DNA of 64,000 nucleotides from an uncultured Candidatus Woesearchaeota archaeon (lineage in GTDB: Archaea > Nanobdellota > Nanobdellia > Woesearchaeales > GW2011-AR9), in assembly GCA_902529885.1 (NCBI GenBank), contig CABZYC010000001.1:25719-89718 (forward strand), read 5' to 3'. The position numbers and the translations under genes were made by a program. The notes below the pieces were generated by a model. It was not told where the DNA came from. It did not search any database and saw only the letters and a list, made by a program, of their open reading frames with translations. This document shows, piece by piece, positions 10,600-20,431 of this stretch (its first letter is position 1; the number at the start of each line of letters is the position of its first letter).

Positions 10600-10992
10600 T
10601 TATTTGTTTTTACCAGTCTCACGTAACCAGGACAAACCAACTTTCACCATGACTTGGTTAAACCGCTGGCTGACACGGTACGTTTTTTTATACATATCAT
10701 AATCAATCAAGCCTAACCCTTTCATGGGCGTTAATATTCTATCATAAAACTGGCGTTTATTATAACTCATACTTTTTTCGTTATCAAACATTCGTTTACC
10801 AGCAGATTTCACTATAATCTCACCGTCATGCAACTTTTGAGCGAAAAGGCCCATCTCAGTTTTACCAATCTCCCCACCATTCTTTTGCATATAACTTACA
10901 AGTAAACGTGCAACTTTAGCTTGTTGATCCGTACTAAATACAATATCATAAATTGATTCAGGCATATTGTACGCATCAAAAAGGATAACCAT
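10600..10992 (-). CDS. Hypothetical small cytoplasmic protein; first gene of the PP2C operon
   Basis: 130 aa on the same strand, immediately upstream of the PP2C gene with a 42-nt gap. No recognisable catalytic motif. Confidence 0.45.
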   Translation of the reverse strand: MVILFDAYNMPESIYDIVFSTDQQAKVARLLVSYMQKNGGEIGKTEMGLFAQKLHDGEIIVKSAGKRMFDNEKSMSYNKRQFYDRILTPMKGLGLIDYDMYKKTYRVSQRFNQVMVKVGLSWLRETGKNK

Positions 10993-11082
10993 ACTAGTAT
11001 GGTAAACGCAGACATTATAAATGTCTTGTGGTGAAAGAGCAACAAGAAAAGTTTATAAATTAACTGTAGTCATAAAATAAAC

Positions 11083-11280
11083 ATGGGTCGAATTAAAACG
11101 ATGTTTATCAAACGGAAAACTAAAGAGTTGTTAAAAGCTCAAGGTGAAAATTTTACTACAGATTTTACTAATAATAAGCTTACAGTTGAAAAATATGCAA
11201 AAGTTAACTGTAAAAAAGTTCGTAACATTATTGCTGGGTACATGACTCGGCTAAAAAAGGCGCAAGAAGCGTCTTCATAA
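11083..11280 (+). CDS. rps17e: 30S ribosomal protein S17e
   Basis: 65 aa beginning MGRIKTMFIKRK...DFTNNK...VRNIIAGYMTRLKK, which matches the eS17 signature. Confidence 0.85.
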   Translation: MGRIKTMFIKRKTKELLKAQGENFTTDFTNNKLTVEKYAKVNCKKVRNIIAGYMTRLKKAQEASS

Positions 11281-12210
11281 CTTTTTAATAAAGTCTAGAA
11301 GGTCCTCTTTAGTTTTATACTCTAAAGATTTACCTCTTAACACTTTCCCGCCAGCGTACCCTTTTGTAAACTGCATAAACATGTGACGGATATGCCCAAC
11401 ATGGTCTAAACCATATGTTTCTAATAAAACTAAGTATTCACGAAACAACGCTAATTTTTCTGGCCATGAAACTGGATCAACATTCTTACCAGTTTTAAGG
11501 TAATGTTTCGCCCTTGAAAAAATGAATGGGTCACGCATGGCCGCACGCCCAATCATAACATAGTCGCAACCAGTCTCATCAATCATACGTTTTACGTCAG
11601 CAGCACAAGTAATATCACCATTACCAATCACAGGTATATTTACTAATTCTTTAATTTTTTTAATGTAAGACCAGTCCGCATTCCCACTATAGCCCATGCT
11701 TGCTGTCCGGGCATGCACAGCGATAGCTACACAGCCTGTATCTTCAGCAATTTTGGCTATTTCAAACGCAGTGATATTATCCCAGTTCACGCCTAACCTA
11801 ATCTTACAAGTTATCGGTACAGGTAAAGTGTTTAACCGTGTTAAAATACGTCTTACCTTGGCAGGATCATTTAATAATGCTGAACCGCCACCGCAAGCCA
11901 TAACTTTAGGTGCAGGGCAACCAATGTTAAGATCGATAACATCGCAGGTTCCTACAACTGCTTGAGCTGCTTCAAACAGTTTCTGTTCATCTTCCCCAAA
12001 AATCTGGGTCACAACAGGACGTTCATTTGGTACAACATCATAAATGTGGTCTGCAAGCTGGTCTTTATACCGTATAAGCGCATCTGCAGAAATAAACTCT
12101 GTATAACACAAACTTGCACCTAGTTTACGGCATAATGCCCTGAAAGCTACATTGGTTACACCGCTCATTGGAGCTAAAAGTAAAGGTGAATTAAGTTTTA
12201 AAAACTGCAT
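11275..12210 (-). CDS. dus: tRNA-dihydrouridine synthase
   Basis: 311 aa with a TIM-barrel Dus signature: LAPMSGVTNVAFRALCRKLGA, the FMN-binding region and the conserved Cys in GCPAPKV. Confidence 0.8.
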   Translation of the reverse strand: MQFLKLNSPLLLAPMSGVTNVAFRALCRKLGASLCYTEFISADALIRYKDQLADHIYDVVPNERPVVTQIFGEDEQKLFEAAQAVVGTCDVIDLNIGCPAPKVMACGGGSALLNDPAKVRRILTRLNTLPVPITCKIRLGVNWDNITAFEIAKIAEDTGCVAIAVHARTASMGYSGNADWSYIKKIKELVNIPVIGNGDITCAADVKRMIDETGCDYVMIGRAAMRDPFIFSRAKHYLKTGKNVDPVSWPEKLALFREYLVLLETYGLDHVGHIRHMFMQFTKGYAGGKVLRGKSLEYKTKEDLLDFIKKL

Positions 12211-12263
12211 AACGAGAGTAAAACCAGCATAATTTTATAAATGGAACGTTACTGACCTTAAAT

Positions 12264-13460
12264 ATGCAGCCGGAAGTTAACATCGCATTGGTTGGTCACG
12301 TTGACCACGGTAAAACTACATTAACAGAACGGCTTAGTGGGAAATGGACTGATACCCATTCTGAAGAGCTTAAACGAGGAATTACCATCAGGTTAGGGTA
12401 TGCAGATACCACTTTTGTAAAAACTAAGGAAGGGTACAGTACACTTAAACTGTCACCAAAAGGCAAAATATTGCGTAAAATGTCTTTCGTTGACGCTCCC
12501 GGCCACGAAAGTTTAATGGCAACCATGCTGTCAGGTGCAGCTATTGTAGACGGCGCACTTTTACTTATCGCAGCAAACGAAAAATGTCCTCAAGCACAAA
12601 CTGCTGAACATTTGACTGCGCTAGAGATTGCAGGGATCAAAAATGTTATTATTGTACAAAACAAAATTGATCTTGTAGACCGTGAACAAGCATTAAAAAA
12701 TTATGAACAAGTACGAACATTCCTAAAGGGTACACCATACGAAAATGCACCCGTTGTACCTATTAGTGCTCGACAAAACATTAATGTTGACAGTTTAATT
12801 GAAAGTATTGAAAAACATATTCCTACACCAGAACGTAAAGTTGATGCAGACCCATTAATGTTAGTTGCACGAAGTTTTGATGTTAACAAACCAGGTACTA
12901 CTCCAAAAAAAATGATTGGTGGTGTATTAGGCGGAACAGTTAAAGAAGGAACATTCAGTGTTGGTGACACGGTAGAAATTGTACCAGGGTATATGGTTGA
13001 AGAACGTAATAAGAAAATTTGGAAACCTATACAAACAACAATCACCAAAATATTTACTGGGGGTGAACCAATTGATAAAATTCAACCAGGGGGTTCCATG
13101 GCATTCGGAACAACTTTGGATCCAGCCGTTGTAAAAAGCGATATGCTTACTGGATCATTAATTGGTCTTCCAGGCAAACTTCCAGAAGTACGTTATAACC
13201 TTGTGTTAGAAACACACCTGTTAAAACGGATGGTAGGAAATAAAAACGATCTTGACATTAAACCCTTAGCAAAAAAGGAAATGTTAATGATGAATGTTCA
13301 TAGTTGTGTTACAGTGGGCGTCATCACTGACCCTAGTAAAAAGAAAACAAGTTGTATACTCAAAAAACCAGTTGCAGCACGTATTGGTGACAGAGTAACT
13401 TTAAGTCGTAGAGTCGGTGACAGGTTTAGACTTATTGGTTATGGAATTATAAAAGGTTAA
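12264..13460 (+). CDS. eif2g: Translation initiation factor 2 gamma subunit
   Basis: 398 aa. G1 motif VNIALVGHVDHGKTTL, NKIDL (G4), zinc-ribbon region, and C-terminal beta-barrel domains typical of a/eIF2-gamma. Confidence 0.9.
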   Translation: MQPEVNIALVGHVDHGKTTLTERLSGKWTDTHSEELKRGITIRLGYADTTFVKTKEGYSTLKLSPKGKILRKMSFVDAPGHESLMATMLSGAAIVDGALLLIAANEKCPQAQTAEHLTALEIAGIKNVIIVQNKIDLVDREQALKNYEQVRTFLKGTPYENAPVVPISARQNINVDSLIESIEKHIPTPERKVDADPLMLVARSFDVNKPGTTPKKMIGGVLGGTVKEGTFSVGDTVEIVPGYMVEERNKKIWKPIQTTITKIFTGGEPIDKIQPGGSMAFGTTLDPAVVKSDMLTGSLIGLPGKLPEVRYNLVLETHLLKRMVGNKNDLDIKPLAKKEMLMMNVHSCVTVGVITDPSKKKTSCILKKPVAARIGDRVTLSRRVGDRFRLIGYGIIKG

Positions 13461-13485
13461 ATACCTTGAACATATTCTTTAAGAT

Positions 13486-13878
13486 ATGTTATGGATCGCA
13501 CTTGTTATCACACCCCTTTTTTGTCAGTTATTAAAATTTATCACGTGTGACGATATGAACCTTAAAAACTTGTTCCGTACAGGAGGTATGCCTAGTGGGC
13601 ACAGTGCTTTAACTTCATGCCTTGCAACCATTTCGTTCATCCAAGTTGGATGGACTTTACCAACTTGGATCTGTGTTGTATTATGGCTACTTATCTTCAG
13701 GGACGCCACTGGTGTCCGGCTTGCAGTTGGTCGTGATGAAGACCTACTTGAAAAATTAGCAAAAAAACATCATGTTAAAACTAAAATTAAACATGTTAGG
13801 GGGCACACTAGTGCGCAGGCATGGGTCGGAACAAGCATAGGTATCATCACAACTTTGTTTATACACCTTGTTCTATGA
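13486..13878 (+). CDS. Divergent PAP2-like membrane protein (DUF212-type acid phosphatase fold)
   Basis: 130 aa with a GGMPSGHSA motif resembling the PAP2 PSGH motif and two hydrophobic helices. Confidence 0.55.
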   Translation: MLWIALVITPLFCQLLKFITCDDMNLKNLFRTGGMPSGHSALTSCLATISFIQVGWTLPTWICVVLWLLIFRDATGVRLAVGRDEDLLEKLAKKHHVKTKIKHVRGHTSAQAWVGTSIGIITTLFIHLVL

Positions 13879-14899
13879 CTGCATAATATAATACAGTAGT
13901 GTTACCACGACCACTCCCTTTTTCAGTTCTAATAAATTTGCCGTCAGCAAGTTTAGCTATTTTACGTTGGAAACTCCGGTAACTTTGTGAACCACCATTT
14001 TGTTGATACGCTAAATACACATCACCAATATTTTTGCCGTTACAATCTTTAACAAGGTTAAGTATCATTGTAAGATCATCGTCCAACTGTTGAACTGGTT
14101 TAACATAAAATTCGTGTACTTTGTTTATTGCATGCGCAATATGAGATTCACTTATTATAAGCTTATTTTCTGATTCAGCATTTAAACCTGCTTCTTTCAA
14201 GATGTATAGTCCCACGCGTATATCATGGACTGCATGACAAGTGTCAGTGACAGAACTCAATATTTTTTCGGACTGGTTTTGAAACGCAAAATGTAAACGG
14301 GTACGAAGTATACCTTCAACCTCTTCACGGGTGTAAGGACGAAACTCTAAAAATTCAGTATTAAGCCTGCTACGTACACGCTCATCAATCTTTTTGTAAG
14401 CATTACGATAATTGGTTAACAAGACCAGGGTCTTAAACGGAATATTCTCAAACAAAGTGTATAATATGTCTGTATCCTCAAGCTTATCTATCTCATCAAG
14501 AACCAAAACAATTGGATTTTTACATAGATTTTTTAGGGTTAATAATAACTCATTAGTGGGCTTATGTTGAATAAAAGGGTTACCTAACAAATAACATAAT
14601 TTGGCAAGAACCTTATGCGTGCTATGATCGTCCCAACAGTTTACATATAAACAGGTTATATCAGACACTGCTTCAAGTTCTCGCAGCACTTGTTTCACAG
14701 CCGTCGTTTTACCAATCCCAGGTATACCATGCACAAACAAAGTTTTCCCAGGATAACCCTTGATTAAAGGGGCAACAGCCTTAGCAACTTCTTTTTGTTC
14801 ATTCTCACGGTATTCAATACGGTCAGGTTGAAAATCATAGTCCAAAACCATAATGTCCTTGAATATTGACTGGCTCGTGTGAAGTATATCTTTAAACAT
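13859..14899 (-). CDS. cdc6: Orc1/Cdc6 replication initiator
   Basis: 346 aa. AAA+ Walker A GIPGIGKTT, Walker B VLVLDEID, and a C-terminal winged-helix domain. Confidence 0.9.
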   Translation of the reverse strand: MFKDILHTSQSIFKDIMVLDYDFQPDRIEYRENEQKEVAKAVAPLIKGYPGKTLFVHGIPGIGKTTAVKQVLRELEAVSDITCLYVNCWDDHSTHKVLAKLCYLLGNPFIQHKPTNELLLTLKNLCKNPIVLVLDEIDKLEDTDILYTLFENIPFKTLVLLTNYRNAYKKIDERVRSRLNTEFLEFRPYTREEVEGILRTRLHFAFQNQSEKILSSVTDTCHAVHDIRVGLYILKEAGLNAESENKLIISESHIAHAINKVHEFYVKPVQQLDDDLTMILNLVKDCNGKNIGDVYLAYQQNGGSQSYRSFQRKIAKLADGKFIRTEKGSGRGNTTVLYYAVIEQGV

Positions 14900-16146
14900 T
14901 ATATCCTGTCTACACCCATATAAGGTTGTAACACTGCTGGAACTTTCACACCATCACTATCACTATAATGTTCTAAAATTGCTACCATAATACGCGATGT
15001 TGCCACCGCCGTATTATTTAATGTGTGCACTACATCTTTACCATCACCACTTTGCACTTTAATGTTAAGTTCCCTTGCCTGATAATCAGTACAATTACTC
15101 AACGATGCAACTTCACCAAAATCCCCCGTACTAGGCCGCCACACTTCTAAATCGTAAGAACGTTGTTTCCATGCACTCAAATCGCCAGTGCAAAGGTCTA
15201 ATACCCTGTACGGTAATTCTAACTCTTGTAATAATTCTTCAGTGTTACGTAATAATTCAAAGAATAATTCGTCACTTTCATTAGGCTTACAAAAAATGAA
15301 TTGTTCAATCTTATTAAACTGGTGAGTACGCCATAACCCTTTCTCATTAATACCGTGTGCACCAACTTCTTTACGAAAACACATACTATAACTAACATAT
15401 TTTTTAGGTAAATCGTCAGGTGCAAAAAGTTTGCCTGAATGAAACGCCAAAATTCCATGTTCGCTAGTACCAATAAGCGCCATGTCTTCCCCAACAGAAT
15501 AAATTGTTGTGTCAAATTCAGTGGTGTCAACAGCTGCAGCTAACACTTTTTTACGGAGCATTAAAGGAACTTCAATGTATTCATAACCTTTCTGAGACAA
15601 CTTTTTGATTGTATACTGAATCAAGGCCTGGTTCAATAAAGAAAGGCCGCCTTTCAAATAATAAAATCCGTGGCCAGAAGATTGGGCGGACGCCACAAAA
15701 TCTGCGTACCCAAACTGTTCAATAATGTCAACGTGTGAATGGTCAATACGTTTTGTACAATCACCTTCGCGTCGAAGCTCAACATTATCACTATCATCTT
15801 TACCAAAAGGTACATCTTTATGCAAGATATTACCAAAACTTGCAAGTAACGTCCCGCGTTCCCGTATCAAAGTTTCAAGCAACATTTCTGCTTCTTTAAG
15901 CGTAGTATTAAGATCACGCATTAACGCAATATCAGAACGAAAATCTTCCCCTGCTTTACGTTTAACATTAATTGATTCAGTCACAACATTTTTTTCTTGA
16001 CGAAGCTTGTCAACTTGCTGTTTTGTTTCACGAAGTTTACTGTCCATCTCAACAAAGTTATCTACTGAATCTTCGTCTGCACCACGCCGTTTTTGGTTAG
16101 CTTTAACCAGCTCAATATTTTCACGGATAAATTTTGGGTCTAACAT
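14899..16146 (-). CDS. serS: Seryl-tRNA synthetase
   Basis: 415 aa. N-terminal coiled-coil arm plus a class II catalytic core (motif 2/3 region FRKEVGAHG...; GxGxGxxR-like C-term). Confidence 0.9.
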   Translation of the reverse strand: MLDPKFIRENIELVKANQKRRGADEDSVDNFVEMDSKLRETKQQVDKLRQEKNVVTESINVKRKAGEDFRSDIALMRDLNTTLKEAEMLLETLIRERGTLLASFGNILHKDVPFGKDDSDNVELRREGDCTKRIDHSHVDIIEQFGYADFVASAQSSGHGFYYLKGGLSLLNQALIQYTIKKLSQKGYEYIEVPLMLRKKVLAAAVDTTEFDTTIYSVGEDMALIGTSEHGILAFHSGKLFAPDDLPKKYVSYSMCFRKEVGAHGINEKGLWRTHQFNKIEQFIFCKPNESDELFFELLRNTEELLQELELPYRVLDLCTGDLSAWKQRSYDLEVWRPSTGDFGEVASLSNCTDYQARELNIKVQSGDGKDVVHTLNNTAVATSRIMVAILEHYSDSDGVKVPAVLQPYMGVDRI

Positions 16147-16225
16147 GAAAACGAGGGAGTGTACACATTATAAAAAGGTACTGCTAACAAAAAAGTATAT
16201 ATATGCTCTAAACAGTGTTTTGTAT

Positions 16226-17641
16226 ATGAGGTACTTGGTATTACTATTAATTTTACCCTTAGTGTTCGCACAAGCATGTATTGAAGATACAGATTGTAGC
16301 GATGAAACAGGGTGTTACAATGGTACTTGCGAACCACTTTGCATGGATGATTCTGATTGTGAAAGTGCTACTTGCGACAATTATGTTTGTGTACCAGAAA
16401 CAAACCTTACTATTGATACAGAGATTAATCTTACAAGTAACACCACACTTAATAATAGTAATACAAGCAATATCACTAACAACTTTAGTGAAACAAGAGA
16501 ACTAGAAAATAACTTTTCAATCACAGTTAACAATATTCAAACAGAAATTGAAATGTTAACATCAAATACAGAAGGGTTAGAAGCAAGACTAGACACCATT
16601 GAAAGTAAGCTTACAACAATGGATTCAAAATTGTCAAGCATTGATAACGAAGCTGAATTACAAGCATTACAAACAAAAGTTGAAGAAGCATTATCGAACA
16701 TTGCAGCTTTACGAACCAATGTTGAAACAACACAAACAGACATTGAATCAGTACAAGTTGGTCTTGAGACTACAGCAGATACTACTAGCCTAACAAGAAT
16801 CTTAAGCATCATAGCAATAATTATTACTTTGTCATTAGGCATTAGTTTGTATATATTCCACCATAATGGACGAGAAGAAGAGTTGGACCCAGAAATTGTA
16901 AATTATATTACAGGCCACATTAAACAAGGTAACAATTATGATAAAATTAAAGAACATTTATTGAAAGCTGGATGGACAAAAGACCAGATTGATGAAGCTT
17001 ACAAGAAGGTTAAAACACACAATTATCATAAGTACCTCAAAGATAATGGGCGAGGACACGAAGTTCCAAGCAAAGCTATAAACCATAAAAAACCAGTGAT
17101 TATTGCCAGTGCAAGCTTTTTGATTATCATGATTATCATTATGTTCATGGGTTCTACAACAGGTCAAGCAGTATACTATACACTAGACAGTTCCAGTACT
17201 GTGAGCGATTATATCCTTGCTGCTTATGAAGGAAGCGGGTTCACTGAAATGGTCTCAATCTACGACGTCTGTATTCAATTCCCTACCTACACAGGTGAAC
17301 AAGTAAGTAAACGGTTCATTCGTACAGAAACTTCTTACGGTGTCTACGATGCAGCAACACACTGTTGGGAACGTGACACTGACAGTTTTAGTGTTATGTT
17401 CGAAAGTCAAGAAGATTTTGAAACTATGATGGAAGCAATCGCCACAGGAAGCCCGTCAACCATGGCAAGTGTTGCCAACATATTAAACATCATAGTGTTA
17501 CCTTCAGACTATGTAGCTCCAGGATTCTATGCACGCAAAGATTATACCAAGTTTTGTACAAGCGCGTACCAGTTCCATTCATGGATCTCAAGCAACCTTG
17601 GTATTACATATGAAGAATTATTTCCTGACTGTATAGAATGA
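16226..17641 (+). CDS. Mosaic cell-surface protein: signal peptide, Cys-rich module, N-glycosylation-sequon-rich stalk, coiled coil, TM helix, cytoplasmic domain
   Basis: The start is corrected to the internal ATG at 16226 (MRYLVLLLILPLVFA signal peptide); the ORF-track start at 16007 overlaps serS. CxxDCS/CxxGxC Cys cluster, at least 12 NxS/T sequons, heptad coiled coil, and a TM helix (ILSIIAIIITLSLGISLYIF). Confidence 0.7.
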   Translation: MRYLVLLLILPLVFAQACIEDTDCSDETGCYNGTCEPLCMDDSDCESATCDNYVCVPETNLTIDTEINLTSNTTLNNSNTSNITNNFSETRELENNFSITVNNIQTEIEMLTSNTEGLEARLDTIESKLTTMDSKLSSIDNEAELQALQTKVEEALSNIAALRTNVETTQTDIESVQVGLETTADTTSLTRILSIIAIIITLSLGISLYIFHHNGREEELDPEIVNYITGHIKQGNNYDKIKEHLLKAGWTKDQIDEAYKKVKTHNYHKYLKDNGRGHEVPSKAINHKKPVIIASASFLIIMIIIMFMGSTTGQAVYYTLDSSSTVSDYILAAYEGSGFTEMVSIYDVCIQFPTYTGEQVSKRFIRTETSYGVYDAATHCWERDTDSFSVMFESQEDFETMMEAIATGSPSTMASVANILNIIVLPSDYVAPGFYARKDYTKFCTSAYQFHSWISSNLGITYEELFPDCIE

Positions 17642-18078
17642 CGTTTATACGAGAAAAAAAGATTAATGGAAAACAATACGCATATTTAGTAAAAACTGTT
17701 TATACAAAGCGTGGACCACGCCAAAAAGTTGCAAAATATCTCGGTAAAATACATGAAATGCAATGTCAAAAAGTGGAAGGGCATACTCCAAAAAAAGTCA
17801 TGGAATCTTTACTTGCCAACCTTGGTTTCACTAAAAATCGTGTATGGACAAAAAAGGAGTATAGTGTTTCTTTAGTAACAGGCAAAGTTTGTTACAAAAA
17901 TAAAAAGTGTGTTCTAAAAATAAATCATGGGTATTTATGGGGTTCAAGCATTAAACAATTCTTATTACCAACCAGAGACCCTAAGGAATTAGCAGAAAAC
18001 ATGCTAAGAGTTGGCATACCCTTCAATGAAGAAACATATTTTCATCTTGTAAAAAACATCGAACACCTTGGGGGGTAA
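17638..18078 (+). CDS. Hypothetical basic protein
   Basis: 146 aa, Lys-rich. Its start overlaps the stop of the upstream gene (ATGA). No recognised family. Confidence 0.45.
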   Translation: MTFIREKKINGKQYAYLVKTVYTKRGPRQKVAKYLGKIHEMQCQKVEGHTPKKVMESLLANLGFTKNRVWTKKEYSVSLVTGKVCYKNKKCVLKINHGYLWGSSIKQFLLPTRDPKELAENMLRVGIPFNEETYFHLVKNIEHLGG

Positions 18079-18155
18079 GGGTGGCAGATCAAGGCATCCG
18101 ATGATACACTAGTACACCATTTTGTTATATAAATGTTACTAAAGTGTATACTAGT

Positions 18156-19946
18156 TCACCCCCAGAACTGATTTATTGTTTGTAACAAGTCTTCATGTAA
18201 ATGGGAATCGTTCAAACATGACCTGTAAGGTTCACGTGCAAAACGGCGGTCAAGGTATATGATGCTACCTTTATCTTTAGCACTACGTATACAACGACCA
18301 GCAGACTGTATACACCTATTCATTGCAGGGAATAAAAATGCGTAAGTCCACCCTTCACCAAAATGATGCCTGTAATAAGATTGGATATACTGCATTTTTT
18401 TGCTTGGAGGTTGTAAAGGTACACCACAGATTATCACACATTTAAGCTTGTCACCATCAAAGTCTACACCTTCACTAAAACTTCCACCGTTCACTGCACA
18501 AAGTACGCCTTTATCAATAGAAGTAAAACTGTTAAACAAATTTCTTTTATTACTTAATGAAAGACCAGGTTTTTCAACTATGGTCTTAACACTTAATAAA
18601 GGAACAACTTTATCAATATAATGATACGATGGGAAAAAAATAGCAGACCTCCCTGGTACAATAGACACAATATTCTGAATACGTAAAGCCAATTCCTTAT
18701 AATGTTGTTCAGTACGAAGTTTAAATTCTGTTGAAATTGTATCGTCAATTAAAATTTGTCTATTCTCTCTTGGGAATGGACTGGAGAAGTGTGCATGTTC
18801 AACATTAGGTAAGCCAAGCATATGCTGATGAAACTGTGCAGGTTGCAAGGTTGCACTCATAAAAACAGTGCTTCGAACATCTTGTGTAACTGGAACAATC
18901 AATGACCCAGGATGCACACAGTTCACTTCAATACGTACAAGACCATCATCAACAATACTACGCACAAATTCTGAACCATCTTGAACCCATAACCGTAAAA
19001 ATTCTGCGACCGAATTAATAAAACTTTTACGTTGTTTTGTGTACACAAACTCAGTCGCAGAATCAAACGTTTGTAGCATCTCGCTTAAGGGCGGGAGTAG
19101 AGCAGTAAGATCGTCAGGATGTAATAACTCTTCTTCTTCACTTGACAATACATATAATGCCTTAAACACCTTTTCAAGGTACTCTTTACTTTGAGATAAT
19201 TCATACCTGTCAGCCTCTTTAATTGCGTATTGTATTATTTGAGAATTCATTTTTTGAGATAAAATCCGCATACAACGTTCAGCAAGATTGTGTGCTTCAT
19301 CAACTATTAAGTATAGATCTGACCAACTTTTACCTAAACGTTTTAACAAAGTCCGATTAATAGAAGGATGGAATACATGATTATAATCAGCAATTACAAC
19401 TTTAGCATTTCTAAGTTGTAAAGAAGTTATTTCATAAGCACATAACCCTAAAGAGTCCGCATAACGTTTCAAATTTTCTGCACCCACAATATTTTCTGTG
19501 CCTATAGTAGAAAGTGCATGCTCAGCATCAAGAGTAGGGCCACGATTATCGTAAACATTAGTATAATACTCACAAGTTTTAGCAGCAACCATCTGTTTAC
19601 AAAATTCAGTGAACTCTTGCTGATTCAATTTTTCAACTGGGTGATTACACAAACTTTTTTTCCCGTATAAATCCACTACACCAAAGTCTAATTCATACTT
19701 TTCTTTTAATGCAGATACTGTCTCCACAGCTATCTGATGCTGTGTTTGTCGGTTAGTAACAAAGATAACAGTACCACCTTTTTCAAGAGCAACAGACAAG
19801 GCTGCAGAAATACTGCACGCAGTTTTTCCTAACCCAGTAGGCGCTTCAACAAGCAAAGTATCATGCTCTAAAAAAGATTGGTACATCTTCTTTAACACAG
19901 GCCCTTGACCCTCACGTACCTCTTGATGCGAAAATAATAAAGACAT
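18156..19946 (-). CDS. xpd: XPD/Rad3-family Fe-S DNA helicase
   Basis: 596 aa. Walker A EAPTGLGKT, DEAH box (VDEAHNL), a 4-Cys FeS insertion (C..C..C...C region after motif Ia), and helicase C-terminal motifs. Confidence 0.85.
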   Translation of the reverse strand: MSLLFSHQEVREGQGPVLKKMYQSFLEHDTLLVEAPTGLGKTACSISAALSVALEKGGTVIFVTNRQTQHQIAVETVSALKEKYELDFGVVDLYGKKSLCNHPVEKLNQQEFTEFCKQMVAAKTCEYYTNVYDNRGPTLDAEHALSTIGTENIVGAENLKRYADSLGLCAYEITSLQLRNAKVVIADYNHVFHPSINRTLLKRLGKSWSDLYLIVDEAHNLAERCMRILSQKMNSQIIQYAIKEADRYELSQSKEYLEKVFKALYVLSSEEEELLHPDDLTALLPPLSEMLQTFDSATEFVYTKQRKSFINSVAEFLRLWVQDGSEFVRSIVDDGLVRIEVNCVHPGSLIVPVTQDVRSTVFMSATLQPAQFHQHMLGLPNVEHAHFSSPFPRENRQILIDDTISTEFKLRTEQHYKELALRIQNIVSIVPGRSAIFFPSYHYIDKVVPLLSVKTIVEKPGLSLSNKRNLFNSFTSIDKGVLCAVNGGSFSEGVDFDGDKLKCVIICGVPLQPPSKKMQYIQSYYRHHFGEGWTYAFLFPAMNRCIQSAGRCIRSAKDKGSIIYLDRRFAREPYRSCLNDSHLHEDLLQTINQFWG

Positions 19947-20097
19947 TTATTCTTGTAAGGCTATACAGATTATAAACATAACTATATAAGGCATATGCAG
20001 AATGTTTATATATGCAACCAAAACTATTTTTCCTGATAGGTAGATGTAAACGTATAAGTGTTTATATAACGAATGCTTAACGTTGATTGAGGTGTAG

Positions 20098-20394
20098 ATG
20101 GTAGTGAATAGAGGATTCAATACCATGCAAAAAAAACATATTTTCGAAGTATTTTTTCGCGAAAAACCCGCGATGATGTTAGTTGAATTAAAGAATGCGC
20201 ACAATAGTGTTTATGCGTCTGTGTTAGCAAAACAAATTGATTGTACATACAGTCACGTTGTAAAAATATTACAAGAAATGCAAAAAGCAGAACTTGTAGA
20301 GTTTCGTAAAGAAGGTCGTTTAAAATTGCTTGAGTTAACCAATAAAGGTGAACAAATCGCAAGTAACATCGAATCAATTCGAAGTATTTTATAA
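20098..20394 (+). CDS. Small winged-helix transcription regulator (ArsR/MarR-like)
   Basis: 98 aa, or 89 aa from the second ATG at 20125. The HTH-like segment SVYASVLAKQIDCTYSHVVKILQEMQKAELVE is followed by a wing. Confidence 0.55.
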   Translation: MVVNRGFNTMQKKHIFEVFFREKPAMMLVELKNAHNSVYASVLAKQIDCTYSHVVKILQEMQKAELVEFRKEGRLKLLELTNKGEQIASNIESIRSIL

Positions 20395-20431
20395 AAAAAT
20401 AAAGGTAGGGGTTTTACCCCCCCAAACATAC

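Noticed and set aside
16007-16225. N-terminal extension of the 544-aa ORF
   Set aside because: It overlaps the serS coding region. A signal peptide begins at the internal Met at 16226.
18079-18155. GATGAT-containing spacer considered as a C/D box sRNA
   Set aside because: No proper RUGAUGA C box with a matching CUGA D box at the appropriate spacing.
19947-20204. 85-aa minus-strand ORF
   Set aside because: It is an AT-rich divergent promoter region between xpd and the wHTH gene. It has low-complexity composition and overlaps the wHTH gene start.
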